Below are positions 38,447 to 52,816 of a stretch of 64,000 nt of DNA, one piece after another. The stretch's first letter is position 1. Each line of letters opens with the position of its first letter. The stretch is from the NCBI GenBank assembly GCA_951406725.2, contig OX597816.1, positions 9,796,001-9,860,000 on the forward strand. The letters run 5' to 3'. Both the position numbers and the translations under genes were made by a program. Under the pieces are notes generated by a model that did no database searches, was not told the origin of the DNA, and saw nothing but the letters and a program-made list of their open reading frames with translations. This DNA comes from Octopus vulgaris. Taxonomy: Eukaryota.

Positions 38447-39129
38447 CTCATAGAAGCATAATTATGTTTAAAGTAACAAAACTATATATATTTTTTATTT
38501 TGATATTTAGATCTTTACTAAATTTCAGTTCATTCTCATTGCATTATACAATTAGTTTGATAAATTAAAGACACACACATACACACACACATACACACAC
38601 ACACACACACACAGAATTTGTTGCTTAGAAATAATATTACGTAGATATACAGAGAGAGTTAATTAATTAGGTATGTGCATAGCTAATTATATAGTTAGAT
38701 ACATAGAATAGATACATTTGTAAATAGTCTGAGGAGCTGATGCATTGAAAAAGAGAGTAAAAAGAATTGCTCAAGGTTGAGGTAAAGCGTGCAAGGAAGG
38801 GAAGTATTAGAAGTGAGTGGGAGTGAGGTTGATCAGGATGTGAGAGATCAATATATTACAAGAAAAGTGGCCTCGGAGACATATATGCAGCAATAGGTGA
38901 TCAGTTTTATTTTTTATGCATTGCTTTTTTTTTTGTTTGACTTTTTTTGTTATTTTATTGTTTCAACTTTTTGTCTTTTTGTGTTGTAGTGCTGCAAACA
39001 GTATGGCAAAGTAATAAGGTGGAATTTAAGAGTAAGTGGAAGGAAAGGAGATATGTGTGTGTGTGTGTCTATATACACCACACAAACATACACTATATAC
39101 ACATCATATATATATATATATACACTCAT

Positions 39130-39172
<43 letters not shown>

Positions 39173-39400
39173 AACACACACAAGTAATATATACAAATAT
39201 ATATATAAAAAAAAAAACAAACATACTCTATATGTACACATGCATATACACACACACACATACATTTAAGTATATATATATAGATAGATAGATAGATACA
39301 TACATACATACATACATTCATACCTGTATGCCTGTTAGTGTGTGTTAGTGTATTGTGTAAATTTTCCTTGAATATATATATATATACATATATATATATA

Positions 39401-39446
<46 letters not shown>

Positions 39447-39891
39447 CACCTATTCGTGTGTATTTGGATGTATATGCATACATAACATGCGTGATGTTTT
39501 GTAATCCTTAAGGGACTTAATATATTTCAAGATTTTACACTCCTATATGAATGTATGTATCCCTATATAATCCCTATATAGAAGTGCAGGTGTGCCCATG
39601 TGAATATGTGTGCTTGTGTTTATGTGTATGTGTGTGTGTGTAAACACACATGTACAAATGTAGAGATATATGCATGTGATTTGTGTATATGTACATGCAT
39701 AAATGTAGATGCCCAATCTATGTGTATATGCACATGCCCCAATTAATTTCTAATTATAATGTATTGCTGTATGTTAATATCTGTAATTTATAATTAGATG
39801 CAGAGCACTGTCACTGAATAAATGCCTCAATAAGAAGAATAAAGACTTGCATTGTTAAGTTTGTGTGTACCTGGCTAATCTGTATATGCAA

Positions 39892-39926
<35 letters not shown>

Positions 39927-40069
39927 TATATATATTATGTCATATGTAAACAAACATAAGTTTGTTTTTGAAGTGTTGAAATGTATTGTATAAACAAGTA
40001 GAAAGATTTTTATATCTTTCTACTTGTTCTAATGTGTGTGTGTGTGTGTGTGTGTATGTCATTATTCAG

Positions 40070-40167
40070 TTTATTTCAAGATTTTTTGGCAATAGAGAAA
40101 GAACCGGTTTCTGACCTAGATCCAAGGTCCTTCATTGGAATTTCAACATCAACAACAGGGTATTTTT
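40070..40167 (-). mobile_element. Short probable Penelope-like remnant within a microsatellite
   Basis: Minus strand CCAATGAAGGACCTTGGATCTAGGTCAGAAACCGGTT. Confidence 0.4.
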
Positions 40168-40956
40168 GCATGTATGTATGTATGTATGTATATCTGTCTG
40201 TCTGTCTGTATGTATGTATGTATGTACGTATGTATGTCTGTATGTATGGATGTATGTATGTATGTATGTATGTATGCGCGTATGTGTGTATGTATGTATA
40301 TGTGCAATCATGTATGTATCTATATTTGTGAAATTTATGTGTGTATTAGTTTGTACAAATGTATGTATATATGTGAACATATAAATGTACACATGTGTAT
40401 ATGTGTGTGTGTATGAATATATGTAGGTATCATCGCATGCCAACATAGAAAGCAAATATAAAATTATGAAGATGATGATGGATGTAGATGCCAGCTCCAG
40501 TTCTTTTTTTATTATGATTCTACTAAGATTTTAAATTCCAAATGATATAACCCATTCTCTTACATAGATGCATTGGTGTATAGTTTTTCATTCCTAACAT
40601 TTCTATTGGGTCTCTTAATCGTTATCAATCATTCACATTGAACTGTATGTGCTTGTTACTCATGGCAACTGTTGGTTAGAAAAGCTGTCATTAAAAGCTC
40701 CCTAAGTTTAGTGTTGTATTCCCAATCTGAAGAAAAACAAGTGTTTGGAATTTCAATTAACAGCCTGATATTTTGTACATCTTTTTTTTTTCATTTTCTG
40801 TCTCATACATGTTCAGAATTTCTCTGTTCGATGATGGTTAACATGTGCAGGCGTGGCTGTGTGGTTAAAAAGTTTGCTTATCAACTATGCGGTTTTGAGT
40901 TCAGTGTCATTGCACAGTATTTTGGACGAGTATTTTCTGTTATAGCCCTGGGTTAA

Positions 40957-41158
40957 CCCTTTCGTTACCAACCCGGCTGAAACCGGCTCTGGCTCTGTAG
41001 TACAAATGTCTTGATTTCATGAGTTTTTAATTAAAATCTTCCACCAAACCTTACTCACAATTTATGTTCCTATAATAGCTTAATGATTACTGAGTTATTT
41101 TACTAAATTCTCGGTTAGCAACACAGAGCATCTCAACAGAAATATGGTAACGAAAGGG
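40957..41158. mobile_element. piggyBac-type MITE (P1, opposite orientation) nested in an old + strand SINE A (40847-41250)
   Basis: TTAA|CCCTTTCGTTACC...GGTAACGAAAGGG|TCAA, a perfect 13-bp TIR. Confidence 0.9.
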
Positions 41159-42261
41159 TCAACAAAGGTTTTGTGAAAGGATTTTGTAGATAGAATCTGA
41201 ACAACAGAAACTTTGTGAAAGTTCATCAAATGTGTGTGTGTGTGTGTGCATATACAGGGATGGCCATAACAGGGATGACCATTTCTAATAATAAACACAA
41301 TAGGCATAGGAGTGGCTGTGTGGTAAGTAGCTTGATTACCAACAGGGGTCGCCACCACCCCCTGTTGAAGCCTCGTGAAGCTTTAAGTGTTTTCACTCAA
41401 TGAACACACACAACGCCTGGTCTGGGAATCGAAACCGCGATCCTCCGACTGCAAGTTCGCTGCCCTAACCACTGGGCCATTGCACCTCCACTGCTGCTGT
41501 TGATGATGATGATGATAACATTAGAATGAAAAACCTTCTTATTAAGATGAAAAGACAAAACTATAAACCACAGAACTTTGTTCAGACAACCAACGTAATA
41601 TGCAAATGTCTATGTAAGCATGAAAGTTGTAAACCTCATGGCTTGAAATGTTACATCAGACACACTGTTCCAACACTTTTTCATCACCTGATTGATTTTC
41701 CATCTATTGCACAGGTGGGAAATTGGTGTAATTGTTAAAGTATCAAATAGAATACCTCACAATATTTGTTTGAAGTTTCTGCACTCTGAGTTCAAACACT
41801 ACCAAGATCACTATTTTGTCTTTAATGCGTTCAATCAATAAATAGGTACCAATCAAAGATGATAAATTGGTGGAACTGTAACAGTATTGGACCAGATACC
41901 TTGTGGTATTGATTCCATCTCTGCATTCTGAATTCACATCCCCAACCCCCTCCTTGGCCCGTTTGTTTGATAGACTGAATCTAATGGGTTGACATTATGC
42001 CCTGCTGTCCGGAGTACCTTAAGTTAAGTCACCTCTGTTGCACTTGTTTGGGTCAGCTTTCCAATTTCAGGATGCCTTTCCATCCCTGCTAATCTTGGAC
42101 CCCTGTAAAAGGTCCTGAGCAATGCCTTTCAATCTGACAGAGATATAAATAGGTGTTATCACAACTCCACAAAAATATTATACATGAAATAAGATTGGAT
42201 AAGATAAAATACATGCTTGAAAGAAAAGCTGTCCCCTATTTACCCCTCTCTGCCCCCCCCC

Positions 42262-42305
<44 letters not shown>

Positions 42306-42346
42306 GTTAAAGAGGATGATAACATTAAGAAAAGGCAAACATCTCA

Positions 42347-42434
<88 letters not shown>

Positions 42435-43770
42435 TGTATCTTTTACTTACTTCAGTCATTAGACAGTGGCCATGCTTCCACCTTGAAAAATTTTAGTTGA
42501 ACATATCAAGTCTAGTACTTATTTTTTTAAAGCCTGATACTAATTCTATTGGTCTCCTTTGTCAAACCACTAAGTTACAGGGACATAAACTCACCATCAC
42601 CAGTTGTCAAGCAATGGTAGGAGACAAACACAGGACATGAACACACACACACATGTATATTTATGGCTTCTTTCAGTTTCTGTCTATCAGACCCACTCAC
42701 AAGGTTTTTGTTGTCCCAAGGTTATAGCAGAAGACACTTTCCATAGGTGCCATGCAATATAATATGATATAATTCCTGTTCTGTCTGTGTGTATGTGTAT
42801 ATTTTTCAACTGATTTTCTCCAATCAGGGAACATACATTATTTATGTTTAAGAGATGATTTTAGACTCTTAATGAGTAATAGGCTCCCTGGGTGACAGAA
42901 AATACCCATTGCTGGATTATGTGGAAAAGGGAATAACTCTTTGTGAAGTAGCTTTCAGAAATTGATTGCCACCCTTACATCCATTGGTCAAAACATTATC
43001 ACAATCTCATCCAATACATAAAACAGAGATGTGTGTGTATTCGTTTTACACATGTATCTCTATCTCTCTCTCTCCATCTCTATATCTATCTATATCTCCG
43101 TATCTGTCTATATCTTACCTATCTGTCTATCTTATTTGTCTAACTAGCTCTCTCTGTATCTCACCCACTCTCTATTGTTTTCACACTCATTTTTCAGACA
43201 GTATTGTTTTTACTTTAAGTTCAATCGCTATTGTTTTCACTATAAGTTTTAAATCGCTATTCACAAACAACAATGACAAATTACTGACAGAAAGAAGTTC
43301 ACAATTACTGATGAAAGTAATTTCCTACATAATTTACTGACAGAAGTAACTTCATACATTTCACTTCAATCTGTACACTTCATTAAATTTGCCTACAAAT
43401 TTCTTATTTACTTTTGCAATGTTTTGTGCTTTTTTGGTGTTGACGGAATTGCTGTTAAAAGTAAGTTCATAATTTACTGACAGATGTAACTTCAAAAATC
43501 CTGATTAAATCCATACACTTAGTTAATTTCCCTAAAAATTTCTTATATACTTTTTGTGTTTTTCTGTTGTTAATGGCTTTTTTTCTGGCTTCTTCGATAC
43601 TTGCTCTTTGGTTTAAATTTTGCTTCAACCCGTACAATTCTTTATTTTCTGTAAAAATTTCTTATTTACTTCCTGACCATTGTATTAAGAAATATAATTT
43701 CCGTTACCCAGTTATTTTCATTGTTTACTATCTTTTTAACAGCCGTGTATTTCTGTATACGTATATGACC

Positions 43771-44365
43771 ATGCCTAGCAGGAAAGTGTCAAATTTGTCT
43801 ACAATGTCAAGGTTAGCCAAAAGAATATCTCTGTCCAGGGAAAGAGAGACAGCTACAGAATGGAAAGCATACAAAGAAACAAACAGACTGTGCGCTACAA
43901 AAGTCAGAGCATCTCAAAGTGAGGAACAGCATTATACATGGCTGACAAGGAATAGGATCTCCACTGCAGAATGAAGAGCAATCACAACAGCTCAGAGAAG
44001 CAGCTTTAAGTTATGATCCAGCAGTTCATTATGCAGATGACACTAGAGTTTCCATTGGTGCAATGACAAATGAGTGCATACATTGTAAAGCAAGGAAGTG
44101 GCCTGGAGAAACACTTGCACTGTGCTGCAGAGGTGGAAAGGTTAAATTCCCTGCAATCCCCATTGAAGAAACTGTTGTCATCAACTGACCAAGATTCTAA
44201 GCACTTCCAAAACAAAATTAGACAATACAATACTGCACTACAGATGACATCATTTGGAGCCACAAGAGATATAACTGAGCCAGGATTCGTGCAAACTTTC
44301 AAGATCCAAGGTCAGATTTATCATCAGATTGGATCTCTACTACCTCTGTCAAATGAATCATCAAA
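43771..44365 (+). pseudogene. Helitron Rep/helicase N-terminal fragment, frameshifted and truncated
   Basis: MPSRKVSNLS basic/charged N-terminus, then YDPAVHY..IGAMTNECIHCKARKWPGETLALCCRGGKVKFP, then SKHFQNKIRQYNTALQMTSFGA...FKIQGQIYHQIGSLL. These are hallmark Helitron motifs. Confidence 0.92.
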
Positions 44366-45825
44366 ATCGGACTTTCATTGTTTATAATCTGTGCCTGTTT
44401 TTTGGTTACGAAATAAGCTACACAAAACGTGTTCTTGAATTACATTTTTTTTTCTCTTTTATCTTTTACTTGTTTCAGTCATTTGACTGTGGCCATGCTG
44501 GAGCACCGCCTTTAGGTACATGTATATACTTTATATATATATATATATATATATATGAGTTGAAAACTTTCTTTTGATATTTCACTTAATATCTATGTTC
44601 TATGTAGAAAGATGGCATCTCAGCTACTAGCAGTTGCAACCTGTGTAATCGAGACAGCATTTTTAAATTTCAAAATCTGTACCTTTGAATTGTGGGTGTA
44701 GTTCATCCAAGTAGCTTCAGTACAGTTTCCATACACCCAATTTCAATCAGAAGGTATAGATCAACCTTAGGCTATAGAAAATGATTTTTTCCCCAGATTA
44801 GACACATAGGGATGAAACATGGAGGTTTGTTGTTGCAAAACAAATGCTTTAACCATTTAGCAACCCTGACTCCAACCAGTTAATGACTATTCTACTACTC
44901 TCTCCGCTACCATCTTATTGCAACTATGAAAACTATTCCTTTTATTCCCTCATCCCACCTCTCTCTGCTGTTAGCTCCTCATCAGTCACTTTAGGCTGGT
45001 GCTACAGAAAAGTACTCTATATGCACTGTAAAATGTTTGGCTTTAGGAAGGGCATCCAGCCATTGCAACTGTGCTAAATTACACATAGAAGCATGACTTG
45101 GTCCTCTAATTTCATCAGATTCTGTCAAACTGCCCAACCTATGCCAGCATGGAAACTAGGCATTAAATGATGATGATGATGATGATGATCACACATACAT
45201 GCATGTATCATTGTGTTTTTATGTTAATTATTCCATGCATGCTAACACAAAACTTGCCATTAGTTGCAGTCCTTTATCTCATCCTTCAGGGATTTTAGCC
45301 TCTTGAGATCAGCTTTCATTACATCTTCCTCCATCTTCTTGTGCAGGTTTCTTCTGCTTGGATTGTTTGGCACTTCCTTGCTCAGCTGTCATCCTTCATC
45401 TGCATCACCTGTCCATAACATTAAAATTTTCTCTCTTGCACGCTACAGCAATACCTGTTATGTGCAGTTTCCCCCTCAGCTTATCTCTGCCCTGTCATTG
45501 GTGCACTCTAGCATTACACATCTAATGGAACATGATCATTTCATTTCTTTGCTTTCACACTTTCTGCATTCAGCATCCAGTTTAAACTACCTTGCAGCAT
45601 TACACTTTGTACCCAACACAATACTGTCTGCCTTTAACTTGGCAAAAGAACCCATCCCTTTGTTGCTGCAAAAACAATTGTTTCATAAGCTTTTTATCCT
45701 CTTTCAACATTCATACCTTTTTAAGAACTTTAGGAGAGTAAATCAAATAGTTTTGAAATAAAATCTATAGTTTAGATTCATTTTCTTTTTTGTGGTATAC
45801 ATGTACATGCTTATGTGTACATACA

Positions 45826-45856
<31 letters not shown>

Positions 45857-45869
45857 GTACATACATATG

Positions 45870-45900
<31 letters not shown>

Positions 45901-45901
<1 letters not shown>

Positions 45902-46110
45902 AAGTTAATCCAAACAAGAAAACAAAAAGACAACAACGCAAGGACGTGGAACAAATAAAAGTATTATTGGACGCTCAGGAAAGAACGGAAGAAGGAGGGT
46001 TTGACGTTTCGAGCAGAGCTCTTCGTCGGAAACATAGGAGAAAGAAAGATCCCGAGGTGGGAGGACAGAGGGGAAAAAAATTGCAGGTAGTCTTCACGAG
46101 GTCACATACT
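45901..46110 (-). mobile_element. Probable Penelope-like terminal remnant inserted in (TA)n
   Basis: (TA)n on both sides. Minus strand GTTTCCGACGAAGAGCTCTGCTCGAAACGT. Shares ACGCTCAGGAA with 1661-1885. Confidence 0.6.
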
Positions 46111-46111
46111 G

Positions 46112-46162
<51 letters not shown>

Positions 46163-46380
46163 TGAAGTTGGTCTAACTGAAGTTGATTACTTTCATATGT
46201 GGTGTACAATACAAAATACAAAGGTAGAGTTTCACTTTTTTTTTTTTAAATAATTCACACTCTGATCGAGTTGATACCTGGTTGTGTTAAGGTGGAATTA
46301 TAAATATTTATTGAATAGTACTTGAAGATATCCAGGTGTCAAAATGATCAAAGTGCAAACACACACACACACACATACAT

Positions 46381-46450
<70 letters not shown>

Positions 46451-46715
46451 AGATATATATATGTAATATTATAAGTCTTCTAATTCTAGTTTTAACATTT
46501 TATATTGGAGATTTTTGTTTTATATTTTATTATTCTTTTCTGCTCTATACACAAGGCCTGAAATTTTGGGGTAGGGTGGGAGCAGTCGATTAGATTGACC
46601 CCAGTATGCCACTGGTACTTAATTCATCGACCTCGAAAGGATGAAAGGCAAAATCGTATTGCAATCATATATTGTAAAGATTACAACCTCACACACACAC
46701 ATAGGTGACTAGCTT

Positions 46716-46757
<42 letters not shown>

Positions 46758-46839
46758 CTTTAAAATCTCCATGATTACATGAATGTTGTAAATATCGCAA
46801 CTTCAACCGTTAATCCAGACTGTCCAACTACCAGATTTT

Positions 46840-46979
46840 CATAATGGATGGCCAGCTGTCTAAAATAAGGAAACTGCAACACAAGCTCAAATGAAACTGG
46901 AGACAGATACATAATGGATGGCCAGCTGTCTAAAATAAGGAAACTGCAACACAAGCTCAAATGAAACTGGAGACAGATA
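46840..46979. repeat. Perfect 70-bp tandem duplication
   Basis: CATAATGGATGGCCAGCTG...GGAGACAGATA occurs at 46840-46909 and 46910-46979. Confidence 0.95.
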
Positions 46980-47665
46980 TGTCAGTAAAAAAAATGAACT
47001 AGAATACTTGTGTAGAGGCTGTTTAAGAAGAAATAATTCACAGTCTAAAATATAGAGGTTGCATAACTTAGTATTGCTCTAATATCAGCCATTTTAGCCA
47101 AGTAATTTTCTGATTGCTGAAAGAAATTTGAAGCCAAGGGAGCCAGAAAATATAAATCTGGTGACAATCACTGTGAAACATATATAATAGTTTTCCCATG
47201 ATTCAAACCTCCAATAAAACAGCAATAACAATCACTACTAAAGCCATTTCAACCAGAAAAAAGGTTGGTGAGATCATGAAACACTGATGCATCTTCGGAA
47301 TTTATTGTTTGGAATAATACTTTGAGGACTAATAATGAAATGCAGAAAACACTTTGAGGAAATTTAAGACTGAAGCTTCATCATATTTTCTATAATAGAT
47401 TTAAAAGAAAGCTTGCTTCTCTGAACCTTGAGATAAACACATGCATATGCACACCCACAAACACCCACACACATACACAAGTATACACACATGCACACAA
47501 TTTTATTCAAGATGATGACCTTACAGCGTATGTAAGCTATTTAAATGTTTTTACATCTTGTTGGAGGTAGAAATATATTCCAATAATATAGAGAAATACA
47601 TTGAAATAATGTTTGCACACTGTGTGACTGCTTTCTTGACTAAATGAATATACACTCATATATCT

Positions 47666-47898
47666 ATTTCTTTATTGCCCACAGGGGGATAAACATAGAG
47701 GAGACAAACAAGGGCAGACAGAGGGAATGAGTCAATTACATCTACCCCAGTGCGTAACTGGTACTTATTTAACTGACACCGAAAGGATGAAAGACAAAGT
47801 CAACCTCGGAAGAATTTGAACTCAGAACGTAACAGCAAATGAAATATTGATAAGCATCTCGCCCAGTGTGCTAATGATTCTGCCAGCTCGCCACCTTA
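47666..47898 (-). mobile_element. SINE family B (tail type i)
   Basis: Full-length homology to 29689-29921. Confidence 0.87.
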
Positions 47899-47944
47899 TA
47901 TAGTCATATATTATAGCCATCTTGATATTTTTTATTTATTTGTG

Positions 47945-49180
47945 AATTTAACAGTTATATATATAAATATATCATAATTTAAATTAAACAGTTTTATATA
48001 TAATATATAATAATTTGAATTAAACATATAAATAATATATAGTTATTTGAATTAAACAGTTATATATATAATATATAATAATTTGAATTCAACAGTTATA
48101 TATATATTTATACTATATAATATTTTGAATTAAACTGTTATATATATAATATATAGTAATTTGAATTAAACAGTTATATATATAATATATAGTTATTTGA
48201 ATTAAACAGTTATATATATATAATATATAATAATTCAAATGAAACAGTTATATATATAATATATAATAATTCGAATTAAACAGTTATATATATACTATAT
48301 AATTTGAATTAAACTGTTATATAATATATAATAATTTGAATTAAACTGTTATATATATAATAATTTGAAGTAAACTGTTATATATATAATATATAATAAT
48401 TTGAATTCAACAGTTATATATATATATACTATATAATGATTTGAATTAAACAGTTATATATATATATAATATATTGTAATTTGAATTAAACAGTTATATG
48501 TATATAATATAGTTATTTGAATTAAACTGTTATATAAATACTATATAATAATTTGAATTAAACAGTTATATATATAATATATAGTAATTTGAATTAAACA
48601 TTTATATATATACTATATTATAATTTGAATTAAACAGTTATATATATGATATATAGAAATTCGAATTAAACAGTTATATATATAATGTATAATAATTTGA
48701 ATTAAACAGTTATATATATATATAATATATAATAATTTAAACGTCTATTTTTCCATATGTGGATGCGTTAGATGGAATTCATTGTGGCTGGATGTCCTTC
48801 CTGTTGTCAACCCTCATCTGTTTATATATAATATATAATAATTTGAATTCAACAGTTATATATATATATACTATATAATGATTTGAATTAAACAGTTATA
48901 TATATATATAATATATTGTAATTTGAATTAAACAGTTATATGTATATAATATAGTTATTTGAATTAAACTGTTATATAAATACTATATAATAATTTGAAT
49001 TAAACAGTTATATATATAATATATAGTAATTTGAATTAAACATTTATATATATACTATATTATAATTTGAATTAAACAGTTATATATATGATATATAGAA
49101 ACAATTAAACAGTTATATATATAATGTATAATAATTTGAATTAAACAGTTATATATATATATAATATATAATAATTTAAA
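47945..49180. repeat. AT-rich minisatellite, ~30-38 bp unit AATTTGAATTAAACAGTTATATATATAATATAT, about 30 copies
   Basis: Recurrent TTTGAATTAAACAGTT core separated by variable (TA) spacers. Confidence 0.92.
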
Positions 49181-49373
49181 CGTCTATTTTTCCATATGTG
49201 GATGCGTTAGATGGAATTCATTGTGCATGGATGTCCTTCCTGTTGTCAACCCTCATCTGTTTCCATGTCAGATAATATTTTACCAATGCTGGACATATTT
49301 ACACAGAATAACGGAAAGAAAAACACTTCTATAATGGTGACATTCATATACAACTCTTGTGATATCAAGACAA

Positions 49374-49411
<38 letters not shown>

Positions 49412-49550
49412 AGAATAAGTACTCAGATCAGTTTGTTCAACTGAACTCTTGAAAGAAGTGCCCAAGCATGGCCACAGTCCAATGACTGAAACAAATAAAG
49501 TTACTATTCTTAAATCTCACAATGTGAGATATTCAGCAACAGTACTTTGG

Positions 49551-49707
49551 AGTAAAGGTTGTTTGCTAACACTGCATGACAGCCCTGGTTTAGGACTAAT
49601 GTTGCTGTAATTAGCCTCAGGGCTAAATTACAGCAACTGGGGCTAAATTACAGCAACATTAGTCCTAAACCAGGACTGTCATGTTGTATTGGCAAACAAC
49701 CTTTACT
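49551..49707. mobile_element. Palindromic MITE-like element
   Basis: AGTAAAGGTTGTTTGC...CCTGGTTTAGGACTAATGTTGCTGTAATT is inverted at AATTACAGCAACATTAGTCCTAAACCAGG...GCAAACAACCTTTACT. Confidence 0.8.
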
Positions 49708-51014
49708 ACAACATAAATCATGTTGTTTATGTCCCCATAAAAGAAACTGATAGAATAAGTACTCAGATCAGTTTGTTCAACTGAACTCTTGAAAGAAGTG
49801 CCCAAGCATGGCCACAGTCCAATGACTGAAACAAATAAATGAATAAATAAATAAATAATTTCGGTAGTGATTTCTCATTGAGTGACTTTTCTTGTACACC
49901 TCCGCAGCCAAACAGTTATAGAATATAGAGATGTGACAGATGGGTTAATGGATGGATGTGAACCAATGTGTGTATGTGCATGCAAACAAGCATACATATG
50001 ATTTTGTATGTATGTGAGCTTGCACATATATATATATGTGTATATATGTGCATTTGTGAATGAACGTATTTACATGTGTGTGTGTTTATGTTATGCGTAT
50101 GATTTCTTGTAGCTTATGGATACTTTTATGCACATGAACGTGTGTATAGGCATATGTAGATGTGTACAAGTAAATACAGTTATTTGTATGTGTATCACTG
50201 GGCAGAGACCTATTAACGGACACTTATAGATTGTTCTGTGCATAAGGAGGTGAATATATGTGTGTGTGTGTGTGCACATGTAGGAATGCATATGCATGCA
50301 TGTTCATGGCAACCTTGCTAGTACAGCTGTCATGATCAAATGTACTCGATACACTATGGAAAATGGTTTTATGAATGAGGAAAGACAGTATTGGTTCCAG
50401 GGACCCATTAATCTTGTCAAGAACTATGCAACTTCTCTAGGTTGGAGCCATACTAAAATGGCCCCAGGATGACTTTTTCTTTTCTACTCTAGATACAAGG
50501 CCTGAAATTTTGGGGGAGGAGACCAGTCGATTAGATTGACCTCAATACACAACTGGTACTTAATTTATCGACCCCAAAAGGATGAACGGCAAAGTTGACC
50601 TCAGCAGAATTTGAACTCAGAATATAGAGACAGGCCACTTTGTAAAAGGATTGGTGTTATGAAGGACATCCAATTGTAGAAGCCATGCCAAAAAAAGCTG
50701 AAAAAACATGAATGGTTTCCTGACGTTTGCAAGAAAGGAAGTGAATCTGAATAAGAACTAAGATGGACTTTAGTGATCTGTCCATTTCACACTGGGACAG
50801 AAAGTTTATATGAAATGGTTTTGATGCACGGGATAGATACGTATAGGCGTATGTCTGTTTGTGAGCAATTTTGCACATGATTATGTTGTGTTTATACTTG
50901 GTTGTGAGTGAGTGTTCAGAAAATATACTGATGAAGAATTGATACAGAAAAAGAAATACATAGATTTATATATATATGTATATATATTTATGTATGTATG
51001 TGGTGTGTATATGT

Positions 51015-51060
<46 letters not shown>

Positions 51061-51574
51061 GCACATAGAAAGGTCAATGGATGTGTTGACAGTTGTATGG
51101 ATTATGTTATCGAGTGACAAACAATTTGATGATTGACAGCCTCATCGTTAGTTATGGATATATGGAAAGACGACATATATATGTGTGTGTGTGTAGATAT
51201 ATATATATATATATACATGTAATGCAGAGAGAGAGAGAGAGAGAGAAACAGAAAGAACATACAAATAAAACCATATGGTTGTATATGTGCGTTTATATAT
51301 ATACAGACATACATGCATACATATATATATATATATATATCCCAAATGTGTACATATGTCTTTATTTGGGAGAGATGGACAACATATAGATAATAAAAAA
51401 AAATAGACAGGCAGAAATTCAAGTAGAAACACAAATTGAAGTTTTGTTTTCAAGAGAGATAGATATATTGATAGATGTAAGAATAGTTATTTTGAGAGAT
51501 GAGGATGAAAATAGTTTGAAATAACCTGATACAGATAGACAGATACTTAGATAAGTACATGCAGGCACACACCT

Positions 51575-51873
<299 letters not shown>

Positions 51874-52816
51874 TGATCATACAGATAAATGGATACTCCA
51901 AAAGATATCCATAAGCTTTGAATGAATTATAGGAAATGAATTGAAACCACATCCTCTTCCTTTCGCTATTGACACATTCACTTATGTACAATTCTCTTTG
52001 CACGAGTTTGTGTGTGCGTGTGCATGTGTATGTGTGTGTGAGTGTGTGCGTGTGAGTGTGTGGAGATAGACATACACATACAGCTTTTATTCTGCTTCTG
52101 CTTTCCTTTCATTTCAATATATACACCGTCATTTTATTTTATTTTTTTTTGTATATTTTCATGTTTTCTGTTTTTTTCTTAATATAAAAATTTTATTTCT
52201 GTGATGACCGCCCATGCATATTATTTTATTATAAAGAAACATCATGTTTCAGATATCAGAAATCATTTCTGATCAGTGATATTTCCACAGATTTCTTAGT
52301 AACAGAGTAATCTCAATTTCAACAATACATGTATGTAGGAGGTGGGGTGGATGTGTGTGGGTGTCTGCATGTGACTGGGATGCTTGTATGTATGTGTGTG
52401 TATGTGGATGGGATGTTTGTGTGTGTACTGGTATTTGAGAGTGCGTGTGTGTATGTTCATCTCCATTATCAGGTTATGAAAATTTCTTGAGACTAAGGTA
52501 AGCCTATTTCTGGTGGTGAAAACTCCGTAGGCGTACATTTTAATGCGCAAAAAATTGCCACTTTTGTGAATGGATAATCTCAGCTTGAGTCTAGATCCAT
52601 CGGTGAGAGAGGCTGCAATGAATGATGAGATTGCTTGAGAGGTAGAGTCTCATGGACTTAGAGTGGAATTGATTCTCTACTGTTTGGTAAACTGATGCAA
52701 TAAAGTGTAAATTGTTCTCCACAAATACACTGAAAGAACAGCTCTGTATTTGAACTCATCTTCCACCAGTTTGCAGTTCTATATTTTATCACTTGAGCAA
52801 AGTATACTCTCCTTTC

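Noticed and set aside
47100-47400. Possible pogo/Tigger transposase traces (KGAR.., KGW*D)
   Set aside because: The motifs are too degraded to support a call without a BLASTx search.
47945-49180. CRISPR-like regularly spaced repeat
   Set aside because: The spacers are related (TA)-rich variants rather than unique sequences, there are no cas genes, and the context is eukaryotic.
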